The notes beneath the pieces were generated by a model that worked only from the letters and a program-made list of their open reading frames with translations, ran no database searches and had not been told where the DNA came from. A stretch of 64,000 nucleotides of DNA. Source: Candidatus Izemoplasmatales bacterium. GTDB taxonomy: Bacteria > Bacillota_I > Bacilli_A > Izemoplasmatales > Hujiaoplasmataceae. The position numbers and the translations under genes were made by a program. The stretch lies in contig JBMNEZ010000001.1 of NCBI GenBank assembly GCA_050949045.1, positions 1,056,001-1,120,000 of the forward strand. Reading direction: 5' to 3'. Positions 1-15,300 of this stretch are shown in pieces; position 1 is the stretch's first letter; the number at the start of each line of letters is the position of its first letter.

Positions 1-215
1 TTTGATAACCGGACACGGGCATATTTCCGCAAAGCGGAATTCGGTTTCTTCGGTGTCAAAGTCGCAACACGGACACAGACACCGCGCTTTTGTGGACTGG
101 GAAGGTTTGTATAGCGCTTTTTGAGGCTGTTGAAGCCGATGTTGAGTTGCGGCGCTTTCGATTTCTTGACTTTGTCCTGACGGCCCTGTTTGATCAATTG
201 GTTGATAGTAGGCAT
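1..215 (-). CDS. rpsL: 30S ribosomal protein S12, 5' part (runs off window)
   Basis: Manual translation [33 protein letters not shown]...[40 protein letters not shown] upstream. Confidence 0.98.
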   Translation of the reverse strand, partial: MPTINQLIKQGRQDKVKKSKAPQLNIGFNSLKKRYTNLPSPQKRGVCVRVATLTPKKPNSALRKYARVRLS

Positions 216-321
216 TTTGATTTCCTCCTTTCATACCCACACACCCGGGAGGTGCGTTTGTCTCATTTTTATAAGGTTGACAGGCAACCTCGAGATGATG
301 ATTATTTTCACAGCATTATGT

Positions 322-350
322 ATTATACACTACGATACTAGGTGTGTCAA
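322..350 (-). promoter_or_regulatory. Sigma-A promoter of rpsL (str operon)
   Basis: TTGACA-17 nt-TATAAT, perfect consensus. Confidence 0.85.
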
Positions 351-388
351 TCACAATATTTCAGACTTTTTTCGAGATTCCATTTCAT

Positions 389-416
389 AAAAAACCGCGG
401 TCATTCCGCGGCTTTT
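389..416 (-). terminator. Intrinsic terminator of rRNA operon
   Basis: GCCGCGG-AATGA-CCGCGGT hairpin followed by T tract. Confidence 0.85.
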
Positions 417-428
417 ATAAGAAAGCAG

Positions 429-537
429 TCAAATACAGTCTTTACTCTTGCGTTCAAACACTATCAACGGCGCTGAAGTGCTTAACTGCTGTGTTCGGGA
501 TGGGAACAGGTGTGTCCACTTCGCCATCGTCACCGGA
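429..537 (-). rRNA. rrf: 5S rRNA (3' third degenerate)
   Basis: TCCGGTGACGATGGCGAAGTGGACACACCTGTTCCCATCCCGAACACAGCAGTTAAGCACTTCAGCGCCG is canonical; the 3' end is divergent so that boundary is approximate. Confidence 0.9.
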
Positions 538-584
538 CCATCTTTCAAAACTGGATATACTGCATTGCGTTGATCGCGTGCAAA

Positions 585-3421
<2,837 letters not shown>

Positions 3422-3568
3422 TTGCTGCAGTATTATCCACTTTTCAAAGACCTTCTTACTTCATCAGAAAAACTTGTCCGTAAACAAGTCTCTCAAAACC
3501 GAACAGATCGACAATAGCTCCGCTGAGCTTCCCCCTCAGCTTGTTTTCTTCCTATCGGATTTCTCCCT

Positions 3569-5102
<1,534 letters not shown>

Positions 5103-5169
5103 ATTATCTGAATTGTTTGTTCTTTCTCAATATGTTGTCCTTTTTATTCGTCTATCGTCTATCTGTTCA

Positions 5170-5182
5170 GTTTTCAAAGACC
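5170..5182 (-). promoter_or_regulatory. boxA-like / processing-stem element in rrn leader (second copy at 3441-3452 in the ITS)
   Basis: GGTCTTTGAAAA precedes both 16S and 23S; partially complementary segments follow each rRNA. Confidence 0.6.
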
Positions 5183-5219
5183 TGTTTCCCTAGCCCTGCG
5201 ATTTCTCGCGTGCTAAATC

Positions 5220-5248
5220 ATTTTATCATAACGATAGTGTGGTATCAA
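5220..5248 (-). promoter_or_regulatory. rRNA operon promoter
   Basis: TTGATA-17 nt-TAAAAT with extended -10 TG, about 115 nt upstream of 16S. Confidence 0.7.
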
Positions 5249-5464
5249 CGATTCTTGATCGCAAATGAAATATATATTACCCGCCAAAAAAAGAGATTAT
5301 AAAATAACCTCTTAACACGAACAATATTCCGTAGAAAATTCAAACAACGATGAACATCAAAGAGTTACATAAACAATCAAAATGCGTGGATGATGATTCA
5401 TCGGATATATTTCCGGTAGCGAAACAAGCATCGTCTTCATCGGACCGTGTGTATGATGATTGGA

Positions 5465-6613
5465 TCATTCATCAGAATTGGCCGTGGTAGTGAAACTATA
5501 ATAGTCGAGTTTTGAATACACAGACCAGTCCATGTCTTCTCTGATGTTGTCATATCCTAACCAAAATGCTTCTTCCATTAGTTGATTATCATCCTCGTTT
5601 ATCGAAAACACAATCTCAACTTCAAAAGGTGTTGAAGCATCATTTGTATATGGATAATATAGATAGTTCCAGATAATGAAATATGTGAAATACTCACTGT
5701 AATCTTGGAATAGAGACATGTCAAAGTCCTTCGTCTTGTACTCAACTCGTGAAACAAAATTCCTCTGCAATTCATGTGGCGTCGTGTTGCCAAAGATAGC
5801 GTAATCAAGATATTGCAGCGTTGAAGGGAATGAAATTGAGGTAAGTCGACTGTTGGAAAATACGGATCTTCCCAGTGATATCAACCCTTCCGGCAAGACC
5901 AATTCCCCCTCCAGACCGGAACAACTAAATGCTCCGCCATCGATCATTTTTATGCTCTCGGGAATATTGATGGATGTGTTTTTTGTATCATAAAAAGCGC
6001 AACTATGAATTTCTTCGACTGAATCGGGAAGGATAATTTCACCAAAATTAGTTCCTGCCATTGCATATGCCCCAATGATTTTGATTGAGGCTGGTATTCT
6101 GATGGTCTTTCCTTCTTTCTTGGGATTAGCAACCCAAACGAGTTTTGTCTTGTCTTTCGATGTCACCGCTTTATGAAATCCGATTGTCGTTGCTTTCAAA
6201 TGCTTGTGATCTCTGGGAATCTTGATGTCAACGCTCGAAAGTATCCATGTTAGAGCAGACCCGATGTCTTCGATCTCCTTGGGCACTCTGAATTCCTTCA
6301 GATTTACAAGACAGCCAATTGCGTCCTTTTCAATAGATGTCATCGTATCTGGAAGCGATAAAGAGACAATGTCCGTATACTTGTTGTGAAATGCAGAGGA
6401 TGTTATTGTTGTCACAGGCAATCCCAGATAGGAAGAAGGCACCACAACATCAAGAGATTCTCCCGTGTAATCAACGACAGCGTATCCTGTTCCATCTTCT
6501 ATAAGTTCATACACGAGACCCTCGGTGGGTAATTCAACTTTCCTGCAGCCAAAAGAGACGAGCAAAAGAAGCATTACTGAGAAGAATGTCAATACTCTGT
6601 TGATTATCTTCAT
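5465..6613 (-). CDS. BspA-type leucine-rich repeat lipoprotein
   Basis: AAGGAG RBS before MKIINRV; signal peptide ending in lipobox-like VSFGC; TpLRR-like repeats (LSLPDTMTSIEKDA, IILPDSVEEIHSCAF, INIPESIKMIDGGAF, LVLPEGLISLGRSVF). Confidence 0.85.
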   Translation of the reverse strand: MKIINRVLTFFSVMLLLLVSFGCRKVELPTEGLVYELIEDGTGYAVVDYTGESLDVVVPSSYLGLPVTTITSSAFHNKYTDIVSLSLPDTMTSIEKDAIGCLVNLKEFRVPKEIEDIGSALTWILSSVDIKIPRDHKHLKATTIGFHKAVTSKDKTKLVWVANPKKEGKTIRIPASIKIIGAYAMAGTNFGEIILPDSVEEIHSCAFYDTKNTSINIPESIKMIDGGAFSCSGLEGELVLPEGLISLGRSVFSNSRLTSISFPSTLQYLDYAIFGNTTPHELQRNFVSRVEYKTKDFDMSLFQDYSEYFTYFIIWNYLYYPYTNDASTPFEVEIVFSINEDDNQLMEEAFWLGYDNIREDMDWSVYSKLDYYSFTTTANSDE

Positions 6614-6626
6614 AACATCACTCTCC

Positions 6627-8408
6627 TTAATCGTCAATTTGAATGGCAAGATAGATAGCGTCACCAATACAAGCGTCATAAATTGGAATCCCAGGACGGT
6701 TTCTTAGAAGCCAAATCGTATCTAGTGGATCAACAGAACCTGCACATAATACCCAAGAATCTTCTGAAGGTAGTTTCTGAGCCCAATGTCCGTTAGGCAA
6801 TTGCATAATAAAGTGATAGGAATAAGGTTTGTTATCAAGAGGATCATATAATACTCGCATTCCTATTCTATACTCATTAGAATATATTGTGGAGTTGAAT
6901 GCATCAAGTACTCGATACTCTATTCCCCAATTGTTCAGATCAACTATAACATTGTTAAGTATTGCGGTGACATTATAGTAGGGGCTTCCGATTCCATTAG
7001 GATTTGGAGCTTGATCTATTCCTAAAGCAAATCCGTAACAGTTCATGTTTGTGCTTGTTTCTGGGGTATACCAGTTGCCGTAGGTAACCTCAAGAATTGG
7101 AGATGAAGAACTTTCCGACGAATAGAACGACACGTTGTTTCTGGTCGGTATGTATTTTGGATATAAACGATATCGAAGGCTAACTATTTCAGCTTTCTTT
7201 TTTTTGTATACTTCTCCTGTAATATCAAAGGAAATTGTGGAACCGACAGCAACTGATGTTTGGTAGGAAACTACGTAATTTGAATTTCCATTCAAAGAAG
7301 TGTATGACCCTGGTGTGTTAGATATCTCTTGAACAAAAACACTGCTGGAGTACATACTTGTGCTCCGCCTGGTAATATAAACCTTTATCGAATCAATAGT
7401 ATATCCTGGGTAACTATCAAGTTCGTCATACACATAATCATAAATGTTGTACGTGTTGAGATTAAGCACCGAGAACATCAAGGTATAGTCATAATCATCA
7501 TCAATGATCATTGTTTCATCGTACATAACATTCAACCTGCTGTTATCAACACAATAATCTGAGCCAACCATGCAATATTTGTCCTGAATAAAGTTACTAG
7601 AACTGTTCATAGTATATGTCACGGTGGGATCGATTTCAACTGGATACTTGATATTCTCATTCTTCAGCCAAGAAGCGCTCGGTGTGATAGTGAAAAGGAA
7701 TTCATTATCTGACACTTCCTGATACAGAACAGCGATTTCGTACGAGTACAGCCCTTGTTGATCATACATATAGAATGGTTCAATCTCAAACACACAATCA
7801 CCGTCTTCATTCTCAAGTTGGAACAGACCATCCTCTTTTTTGGTCAACTCCAAATTATCCAGTTTGAGAAGATACTCAAAACTAAAACCCTCTTGGTATG
7901 ATTTAAGGACTAATGTTTCCTTAAATTGACTCGATCGGATATCAAATACCAAATCAATATCATCAAATATATCCTTGTAGTTAATTCTGCTTTCGGTGTT
8001 TTCAGCGAATTTTGGTCCAACACTGTTGGTTATTTCACCTTTTGAACGGGAAATATCCAAGTATGTAATGCTAAATGATGATTTCATGTAAGATACTGAA
8101 ACACTCTTTTTTTCGTTTATGCTGCGTGGTAATTTGACTATGTAGTCGCTATGCTGTGTCGTATGATAACCCGAAAACAAGGTGCTTTTTAGAGAGTTAT
8201 CGATTTCTTCATACTCCCCTTCTTCATTCATAAAGAAGACATCTTCTTCATACAGGTATGATCTAAGATTGCCTTTCTCATCAATCAAAGTTTTGACCGC
8301 TGAGTGTTTGGGCGATAACACATCATACTCGGGCATTAGTGACGCATTAACCGTAGTTCCAATTAGACAAGGAAACACTAGCAGAAACAGGAAAAGTACT
8401 TTTTTCAT
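6627..8408 (-). CDS. Secreted protein: WapA/Rhs-like N-terminus, DNRLRE-like domain, C-terminal putative Cys-His (NCY..H..W) domain
   Basis: GAGGAGG RBS before MKKVLFL; signal peptide ending VNA; motifs EEIDNSL, KETLVL, YPVEIDPT, FYSSE..PILEVTY, NCYGFALG, YHFIMQLPNGHWAQK. Confidence 0.75.
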   Translation of the reverse strand: MKKVLFLFLLVFPCLIGTTVNASLMPEYDVLSPKHSAVKTLIDEKGNLRSYLYEEDVFFMNEEGEYEEIDNSLKSTLFSGYHTTQHSDYIVKLPRSINEKKSVSVSYMKSSFSITYLDISRSKGEITNSVGPKFAENTESRINYKDIFDDIDLVFDIRSSQFKETLVLKSYQEGFSFEYLLKLDNLELTKKEDGLFQLENEDGDCVFEIEPFYMYDQQGLYSYEIAVLYQEVSDNEFLFTITPSASWLKNENIKYPVEIDPTVTYTMNSSSNFIQDKYCMVGSDYCVDNSRLNVMYDETMIIDDDYDYTLMFSVLNLNTYNIYDYVYDELDSYPGYTIDSIKVYITRRSTSMYSSSVFVQEISNTPGSYTSLNGNSNYVVSYQTSVAVGSTISFDITGEVYKKKKAEIVSLRYRLYPKYIPTRNNVSFYSSESSSSPILEVTYGNWYTPETSTNMNCYGFALGIDQAPNPNGIGSPYYNVTAILNNVIVDLNNWGIEYRVLDAFNSTIYSNEYRIGMRVLYDPLDNKPYSYHFIMQLPNGHWAQKLPSEDSWVLCAGSVDPLDTIWLLRNRPGIPIYDACIGDAIYLAIQIDD

Positions 8409-8434
8409 AAATACCTCCTCATAAAAACTTTTAC

Positions 8435-8516
8435 AAAAAAAGATATACCTCGAAGGCATATCATCATTGACAGATCCCGTTTATCCACTTATATGCAATT
8501 GGTCAATATTGCCTTC
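8435..8516 (-). promoter_or_regulatory. Candidate attenuator: leader terminator with overlapping antiterminator
   Basis: GATATGCC-TTCGA-GGTATATC followed by T7 just upstream of the RBS; upstream GAAGGCA and ATTGAC can pair with TGCCTTC and GTCAAT. Confidence 0.5.
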
Positions 8517-8649
8517 AAATATTCAACTTGATATAATTGACTTAGAATTCAATTATAATGACAAATTATTATAATAAATGTACACAAAATTACTTTGTAC
8601 CCATTTTATATCACAAATATTGGTCATTATACATGATTTCTCTGAATGT

Positions 8650-8688
8650 AAAAAAACGGCACTACCAAGCAATCATTGGTAATGCCGT
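8650..8688 (-). terminator. rpoC terminator
   Basis: ACGGCATTACCAA...TTGGTAGTGCCGT hairpin followed by T tract. Confidence 0.85.
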
Positions 8689-8734
8689 CTATTGGTTGAT
8701 TGGAAAGCGGGATGATTTGTTATCTTAGCAGTAA

Positions 8735-11700
8735 TTATTCTTCGAAATCGGCGTATGGATCTTCTTCTTCCTCCGGAGCTTCGTATTCGAAGGATTTGTG
8801 CCTTAGAATCCCGGTACCGGCAGGAATCAGCCCGCCGATAATGACATTTTCCTTGAGCCCTAGCAAGAAATCGCTCTTGCCCCTGATCGAGGCGTCCGTG
8901 AGAACTCTTGTTGTCTCTTGGAATGAAGCTGCCGAGAGGAACGATTCCGAGCGGAGGGAGGCTTTGGTGATCCCCAAGAGAACAGGCTTGGCGACCGCAG
9001 GCCGTTTGCCTTCGGCGAAAACTTTTTTGTTGGCTTCTATGAACTCGTTGAGCGAGATCTGGGAACCGGGCAGGAGATCAGTGTCGCCTTCTAGCACAAT
9101 ATTGACGCGTCTCGTCATCTGCCTGATGATGATTTCGATGTGTTTGTCGGATATTTCAACAGCCTGGGAGCGGTAAACCTTTTGTACTTCTTTCAAGATA
9201 TACTGCTGAACCGTCGACATATCGGTAACCCTCAGCAATTCCTTAGGATCGATGGCCCCCTCTGTGAGTTGCATACCCGCAGTGACCTTGTCGCCTTTCT
9301 TGACGAGCGATGGGACATTGCTGTTGGTTTCATAGCTTTTGGTCTCGTCCTCGTTTTTAATCACAATCAGGAACCGCTCATCGATCGGAGACACTTCATC
9401 GACTTCGCCGTTGATTTCGGAGATGATCGCTTTCACTTTGGACTTGCGCGCCTCGAAGAGTTCCTGGACCCGCGGAAGGCCCTGAGTGATATCGTCGCCG
9501 GCGACGCCGCCGGTATGGAAGGTTCTCATCGTAAGCTGGGTTCCGGGTTCGCCGATCGATTGCGCGGCGATCGTGCCAACGGATTCACCGACTTCGGCGC
9601 GTTCGCCGGTCGCGAGGTTCTGACCATAACACTTGCGGCAGATACCTACTCTGGAAGTGCAGGTGAGCGCGGTTCTGATTGGTACGGAAATATCGCGGAC
9701 ATCGGCCGGGTTTTCAGGATTGACGGCCGAAGCGACGATGGCCTTGGCGATATCTTCGGAAATATATTTGTCCTTTTTCACAAGCACTTCGCCGGTGAAG
9801 GGGTGAACATAATCGGCTGAGGCATAGCGACCTTGGATCCGTTCCTGAAGCGTCTCGATCGGTTTTCCGTCACGATCAAGGATCGGTTTGACCCTGACGC
9901 CCTTATCGGTACCGCAATCTTCTTCGGTGATGACGACATCTTGGCTGACATCGACCAGTCTGCGGGTCAGATAACCGGATTCCGCCGTTTTAAGCGCTGT
10001 GTCGGTCGACCCTTTTCTGGCACCATGGGTGGAGTTGAAGAACTCGCTCATCGTGAGCCCTTCGCGGAATGAAGCCTTGATCGGCAATTCAATGATCCCG
10101 CCGGTGGGGTTGGCCATCAAGCCGCGCATACCGGCAAGCTGAGTAAAGTTCGAAATATTGCCTCGAGCTCCGGAGTCCGACATCATGAAGACATGGTTTT
10201 CGCTGTCTAGTTCTTCGACCAGCCCTTTTTGGATCTCATCCTTGGCATTCGCCCATTCCTGGATGACAAGTTTGGATCTTTCAGAGTCCGTCAAAAGTCC
10301 CATGTTGTACATTTCGGTGATTTCATCGACCGTCTTGTCATGATGATCAAGCACTTCTTGTTTCTTGGAATAGACCGTGATGTCACTGGCAGCGACGGTG
10401 ATGCCGGCAATAGTCGAATATTTGAAGCCGATATTTTTCATCTTGTCGAGCATTTTTGACGTTTCATTGATCTTGTATTTGGCAAAAATCTGAGCGATGA
10501 TCATACTCAGAAACTTCTTCTTGAAGGGTGAAACCAGTTTCTTTTCTTTGATAATTGCGGGGATATTCTCTCCCGGCGCGATGAAATAGGCATTCGGAGT
10601 AGCCTCTTCAAGGTTTTCCTTCGTTGGTTCGTTGATATAGGGAAAAGTCTCCGGCAGGATCGTGTTAAAAATCAATTTTCCCGGAGTGGTGATCAGAAAA
10701 TGGTTGTTGTACTGTGGATCGAGAGGTCTTCCGAGCGAAGAGGCCGGAACGGCGATCCGAGAGTGGAGGGTCACGTATTTGTTCTCATAAGCCATGATGA
10801 CTTCATTATAGTCTTTATAAACAAATCCTTCGCCGATCTCCCCTTGCTTTTCCATGGTCAGGTAATAATTGCCAAGGACCATATCCTGTGACGGGGTAAC
10901 GACCGGTTTTCCATCTTTGGGATTGAGGATATTGTTTGAGGCAAGCATCAAAACCCTGGCTTCGGCCTGGGCTTCTTCGGAAAGCGGCACATGCACAGCC
11001 ATCTGGTCGCCGTCAAAGTCGGCATTAAATGCCGTCGTGACGAGCGGATGCAAACGGATGGCTTTGCCTTCAACGAGTTTCGGTTCGAAAGCTTGAATGC
11101 CGAGGCGGTGCAGCGTCGGAGCGCGGTTCAAAAGTACCGGATGTTCCTGAATAACGTCTTCAAGGACGGGCCAAATTCGTGAATCCAGTGTCTCAATCAG
11201 CCGTTTTGCCGTTTTGATGTTGGAAGTGATCGAGCGGCTGATCAGCTCACGGATAACAAAAGGCTTGAAAAGGATGATTGCCATTTCCTTAGGCAATCCA
11301 CATTGGTACATCTCAAGATCGGGACCGACGACGATAACCGAACGTCCGGAATAGTCGACCCGCTTACCGAGCAGGTTCTGACGGAAGCGGCCTTGTTTTC
11401 CCCGAAGCATGTCGGAGAGTGATTTCAGAGCGCGGTTCCGTTCGACGACAACTTTGCGACCGCGTTTGGAGTTATCAATCAAAGCGTCAACAGCTTCTTG
11501 GAGCATCCGTTTTTCGTTCTTGGTGATCAAATGCGGAGCGCCCTGTTCATATTGACGTTTGAGACGGTTGTTCCGGTTCAAAATCCGCCGATACAAATCA
11601 TTGAGATCGGTGGTCGCGAACCGGCCGCCGTCGAGTTGAACCATCGGCCGGAGATCGGGTGGGATGACCGGAAACACCTCAAGGACCATCCATTCCGGCT

Positions 11701-12361
11701 TATTGTCGCTGTTTTTGAATGCTTCAACGACATTCAGGCGCTTGATGATCTTGTCGCGTCTTTGTTTGGACGCGGTTTTGAGTTCAATTCTAAGGTTGCG
11801 CACCTCTTTTTCAAGATCGAGTTTCTTTAGCAGGTGCTTGACGGCTTCGGCTCCGGTCAGAGCCCGGAAGCGATTGCCATATTCAAAGTAATAGTGGGTG
11901 TAATCAGCTTCGGAAAGGATCTGCTTGAATTCCAGATCGGTATCACCGGGATCGACCACGATATAAGAAGCGAGATAAACGACTTCTTCAAGATCCTTGG
12001 CCTTGAGATCGAGCAAGATGGCGAGTCTTGATGGTGTATTGCGAAGGTACCAAGTATGAACTACCGGAGCCGCAAGTTCGATATGTCCCATTCTCTCGCG
12101 GCGGACTTTGCTCTCGATGTATTCGACGCCGCAAACAGGGCATTTCTTGCCCGGGTGAGTGGTGCGTTTGGATTTGTTGGAACAAGCGCATTGATAATCC
12201 TTGGTCGGGCCAAAGATCACTTCGCAGAACAAACCGTCTTTTTCGGGTTTGAGCGTACGATAATTGATCGTCTCGTGTTTCTTGACTTCACCGTATGACC
12301 AACTGCGGATTTCTTCGGGAGAGGCGAGACGGATCTTCAGATGGGAATACTTCTGACTCAT
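8735..12361 (-). CDS. rpoC: RNA polymerase beta' subunit
   Basis: NADFDGDQM catalytic motif, Zn-site cysteines, 1208 aa. Confidence 0.99.
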   Translation of the reverse strand: MSQKYSHLKIRLASPEEIRSWSYGEVKKHETINYRTLKPEKDGLFCEVIFGPTKDYQCACSNKSKRTTHPGKKCPVCGVEYIESKVRRERMGHIELAAPVVHTWYLRNTPSRLAILLDLKAKDLEEVVYLASYIVVDPGDTDLEFKQILSEADYTHYYFEYGNRFRALTGAEAVKHLLKKLDLEKEVRNLRIELKTASKQRRDKIIKRLNVVEAFKNSDNKPEWMVLEVFPVIPPDLRPMVQLDGGRFATTDLNDLYRRILNRNNRLKRQYEQGAPHLITKNEKRMLQEAVDALIDNSKRGRKVVVERNRALKSLSDMLRGKQGRFRQNLLGKRVDYSGRSVIVVGPDLEMYQCGLPKEMAIILFKPFVIRELISRSITSNIKTAKRLIETLDSRIWPVLEDVIQEHPVLLNRAPTLHRLGIQAFEPKLVEGKAIRLHPLVTTAFNADFDGDQMAVHVPLSEEAQAEARVLMLASNNILNPKDGKPVVTPSQDMVLGNYYLTMEKQGEIGEGFVYKDYNEVIMAYENKYVTLHSRIAVPASSLGRPLDPQYNNHFLITTPGKLIFNTILPETFPYINEPTKENLEEATPNAYFIAPGENIPAIIKEKKLVSPFKKKFLSMIIAQIFAKYKINETSKMLDKMKNIGFKYSTIAGITVAASDITVYSKKQEVLDHHDKTVDEITEMYNMGLLTDSERSKLVIQEWANAKDEIQKGLVEELDSENHVFMMSDSGARGNISNFTQLAGMRGLMANPTGGIIELPIKASFREGLTMSEFFNSTHGARKGSTDTALKTAESGYLTRRLVDVSQDVVITEEDCGTDKGVRVKPILDRDGKPIETLQERIQGRYASADYVHPFTGEVLVKKDKYISEDIAKAIVASAVNPENPADVRDISVPIRTALTCTSRVGICRKCYGQNLATGERAEVGESVGTIAAQSIGEPGTQLTMRTFHTGGVAGDDITQGLPRVQELFEARKSKVKAIISEINGEVDEVSPIDERFLIVIKNEDETKSYETNSNVPSLVKKGDKVTAGMQLTEGAIDPKELLRVTDMSTVQQYILKEVQKVYRSQAVEISDKHIEIIIRQMTRRVNIVLEGDTDLLPGSQISLNEFIEANKKVFAEGKRPAVAKPVLLGITKASLRSESFLSAASFQETTRVLTDASIRGKSDFLLGLKENVIIGGLIPAGTGILRHKSFEYEAPEEEEDPYADFEE

Positions 12362-12379
12362 TTTTTGACCTCCCCTTTC

Positions 12380-15300
12380 CTAGGATTGAAACCCATATTT
12401 GCTGATGTAGTCTTCGACGCCTTCGTCAACGAGACTCTTGTTGACTTCGTTGGTTCCGGAATCGCGGTTGATCAGTTCAACATAGATGCCAAGCGAACGA
12501 AGCTCACGAGTCAACACCCTGAACGATTCCGGAAGGCTTGGGTCGGGGATTGGATTCCCGTCCACAATCGCGCGGAAAACTTTGTTTCTGCCGATGATGT
12601 CATCGGATTTCACGGTGAGCATTTCTTGCAGAGTGTAAGCAGCGCCGTAAGCTTCAAGCGCCCATACTTCCATTTCACCGAAACGTTGACCGCCGTTTTG
12701 GGCTTTGCCACCCATCGGTTGCTGAGTGACAAGCGTATAGGGGCCGACGCTCCGGGCATGCAGTTTGTCATCGACCATGTGGTCTAGTTTGATCATATAC
12801 ATGATTCCAACGGCAACTTTGTTGTCAAAACGCTCGCCGGTGCGGCCATCGTAGAGAACATATTTGCCGTCCTCGCTCATGCCCGCTTCTTTCATGATCT
12901 CATCAAGATCTTCCCGTTCTACGCCATCAAAGACAGGAGTGGCAATATGCAATCCCAGTTTTTTGGCAGCCATGCCGAGATGGATCTCGAGAACCTGGCC
13001 GATGTTCATCCGTGAAGGAACGCCCTGAGGGTTCAACATAATGTCAATTGGAGTACCATCTTCGAGGTATGGCATGTCCTCACATGGCAGTATCTTCGAA
13101 ATGACACCCTTGTTACCGTGGCGTCCCGCCATTTTATCGCCTTCGGAGATTTTGCGTTTTTGAACGATATAAACTTTGACGACAGTGTTGATTCCGGGAG
13201 CCAGCTCATCATGTTCTCTGGTGAAAACCTTGACACTGTGGACGATGCCGCCGCCACCGTGAGGCACACGGAGAGAAGTGTCACGAACTTCGCGGGATTT
13301 CTCTCCAAAGATGACAAGCAATAGCCTGTCTTCCGGAGTTGGATCGGTCACACCTTTCGGTGTGACTTTGCCGACCAGAATGTCGCCCTCCTTGACTTCA
13401 GCTCCGGGGATGATGATACCCTGGGCATCAAGAAACTTGCGGCCTTCTTCGCCGACATTGGGGATTTCTCTCGTTATCTCTTCTTTTCCGAGTTTGGTGT
13501 CTCGAGCTTCAAGTTCATATTTTTCAATATGAATCGAAGTATAGATATCATCCCGGACCAGCCGTTCACTCATGATGACGGCATCCTCATAGTTGTAGCC
13601 TTCCCAAGTCATGAAAGCGACTAGCACGTTGCGTCCGAGAGACAATTCGCCATCGTCCATCGAAGGCCCGTCAGCAATAATCTCGTCCTTTTTGACAACT
13701 TCGCCAACTTTGACGATCGGAGTCTGATTGGAGCAGGTTCCTTGGTTGCTCCGCATGAATTTCTGCAAATGATATGTGTCTTGCTCGCCGTCGGAACGGC
13801 GGATTTTAATCTTAGTGCCATCGACGAATTCGACAACGCCATCGTTTTCAGCGACAACTGCCGATCCCGAGTCTTGAGCGGTTTTTAATTCGATTCCGGT
13901 TCCGACATAAGGTGCTTCCGGCTTGAGCAAAGGAATCGCTTGGCGTTGCATGTTGGCCCCCATCAGAGCGCGGTTGGCATCATCATGCTCTAGGAAAGGG
14001 ATGCAGGCGGTCGAAACCGAGACGATCTGCTTGGGACTGACATCCATATAGTCACAGCGCTCACGGTCAAACATCTTTGTTTCGCCGAGATGTCTGGCTA
14101 CGACGCGTTCTTCCTTAATGGTCATGTCATCGTTGAGTTTGACGTTGCCTTGAACAATGATATGCTTTTGCTCCTCATCAGCCGAAAGATAGACAATCTC
14201 GTCAGTCACTTTGTGGGTAGATTTGTCAATTTTCAGATACGGAGTCTCCATGAATCCATATTTATTAACGCGCACGTAACAAGCCAAGGAATTGATCAAT
14301 CCGATGTTTTGACCCTCGGGGGTCTCGATCGGACAGATGCGTCCATAGTGGGATTGATGAACGTCACGGACTTCAAAGCCGGCGCGGTCGCGGGTGAGGC
14401 CTCCCGGTCCCAAAGCCGAGAGACGCCGTTTGTGAGTCAACTCGTCAAGCGGATTCGTCTGTTGCATGAACTGCGACAACTGGCTGCTTCCGAAAAACTC
14501 CTTGAGCGATGAGGTAAGGGGTCTGATGTTGACCAGGTTCTGCGGTGTAAGTTCCTTGACTTCCTTCGTCGACATCCGGTCCTTGACATTTTTCTCCAGC
14601 TTGGCAAGTCCGATCCGGAATTGATTCTTTAAAAGTTCGCCGATCAAACGGAGACGGCGATTGCCGAGATGATCGATGTCGTCGAGACTCCCGATCTGGT
14701 CAAAAAGATTCAAGTAGTAAGAAATGCTGGCGATTATATCGGAAGTTGTGATATGCAACTTGTTTTCATAGGAATTGTTGCCGATGATACGGACTTCTTT
14801 CTGCACACCGTCGATTGTGACGTTCAAATCCAAATATTCAACGTAAACATCACGAATGACATTTTCGATAAAGTCTTCGACGGCGTTTTCGGGTGCGGCT
14901 TCCATACGGGCTTCACGCGCCAGATGATGTTCGAGTTCGGTCTCCAAGTTATCATCGAATTCAACTCTTTTAGTAAAATGTTTCCGATTGTTTTGTAGGA
15001 AGGTTGCGGCCTCATGATCAAGCCTCTGCCCTTTTGCCAACAAAACCTCTCCCGTCTCGTTGTCGACGAGATCCCTGGCGAGTTTAACGTCGATGCCGTT
15101 ATCGAACAAGTTGATAACACGGGAAACGACATCCAGTTTCTGATTGATTTTGAATCTGCCGACCTCGGCGAGATCATAACGCTTCTCGTCAAAAAGCCGA
15201 GAAACGAAAAAAGACCGGGCACCCTCGATTGTCGCGGTTTCCCCTTGACGAATCTTGGCGTACACTTCTTTCATCGCGTCCTCAGAAGAATCGATTTCAT

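Noticed and set aside
3515..3540. GGGGGAAGCTCAGCGGAGC in the ITS resembling a tRNA-Ala 5' end
   Set aside because: No anticodon or T arm; simply explained as a local hairpin
5385..5478. Repeated TC(C/T)GATGAA with CTGATGA, hammerhead-like
   Set aside because: No GAAA after stem II and no consistent stems; spacing too irregular for CRISPR
8470..8516. Fluoride riboswitch or BglG-type RAT as the identity of the cassette leader
   Set aside because: Only scattered similarity; the consensus cores are not present
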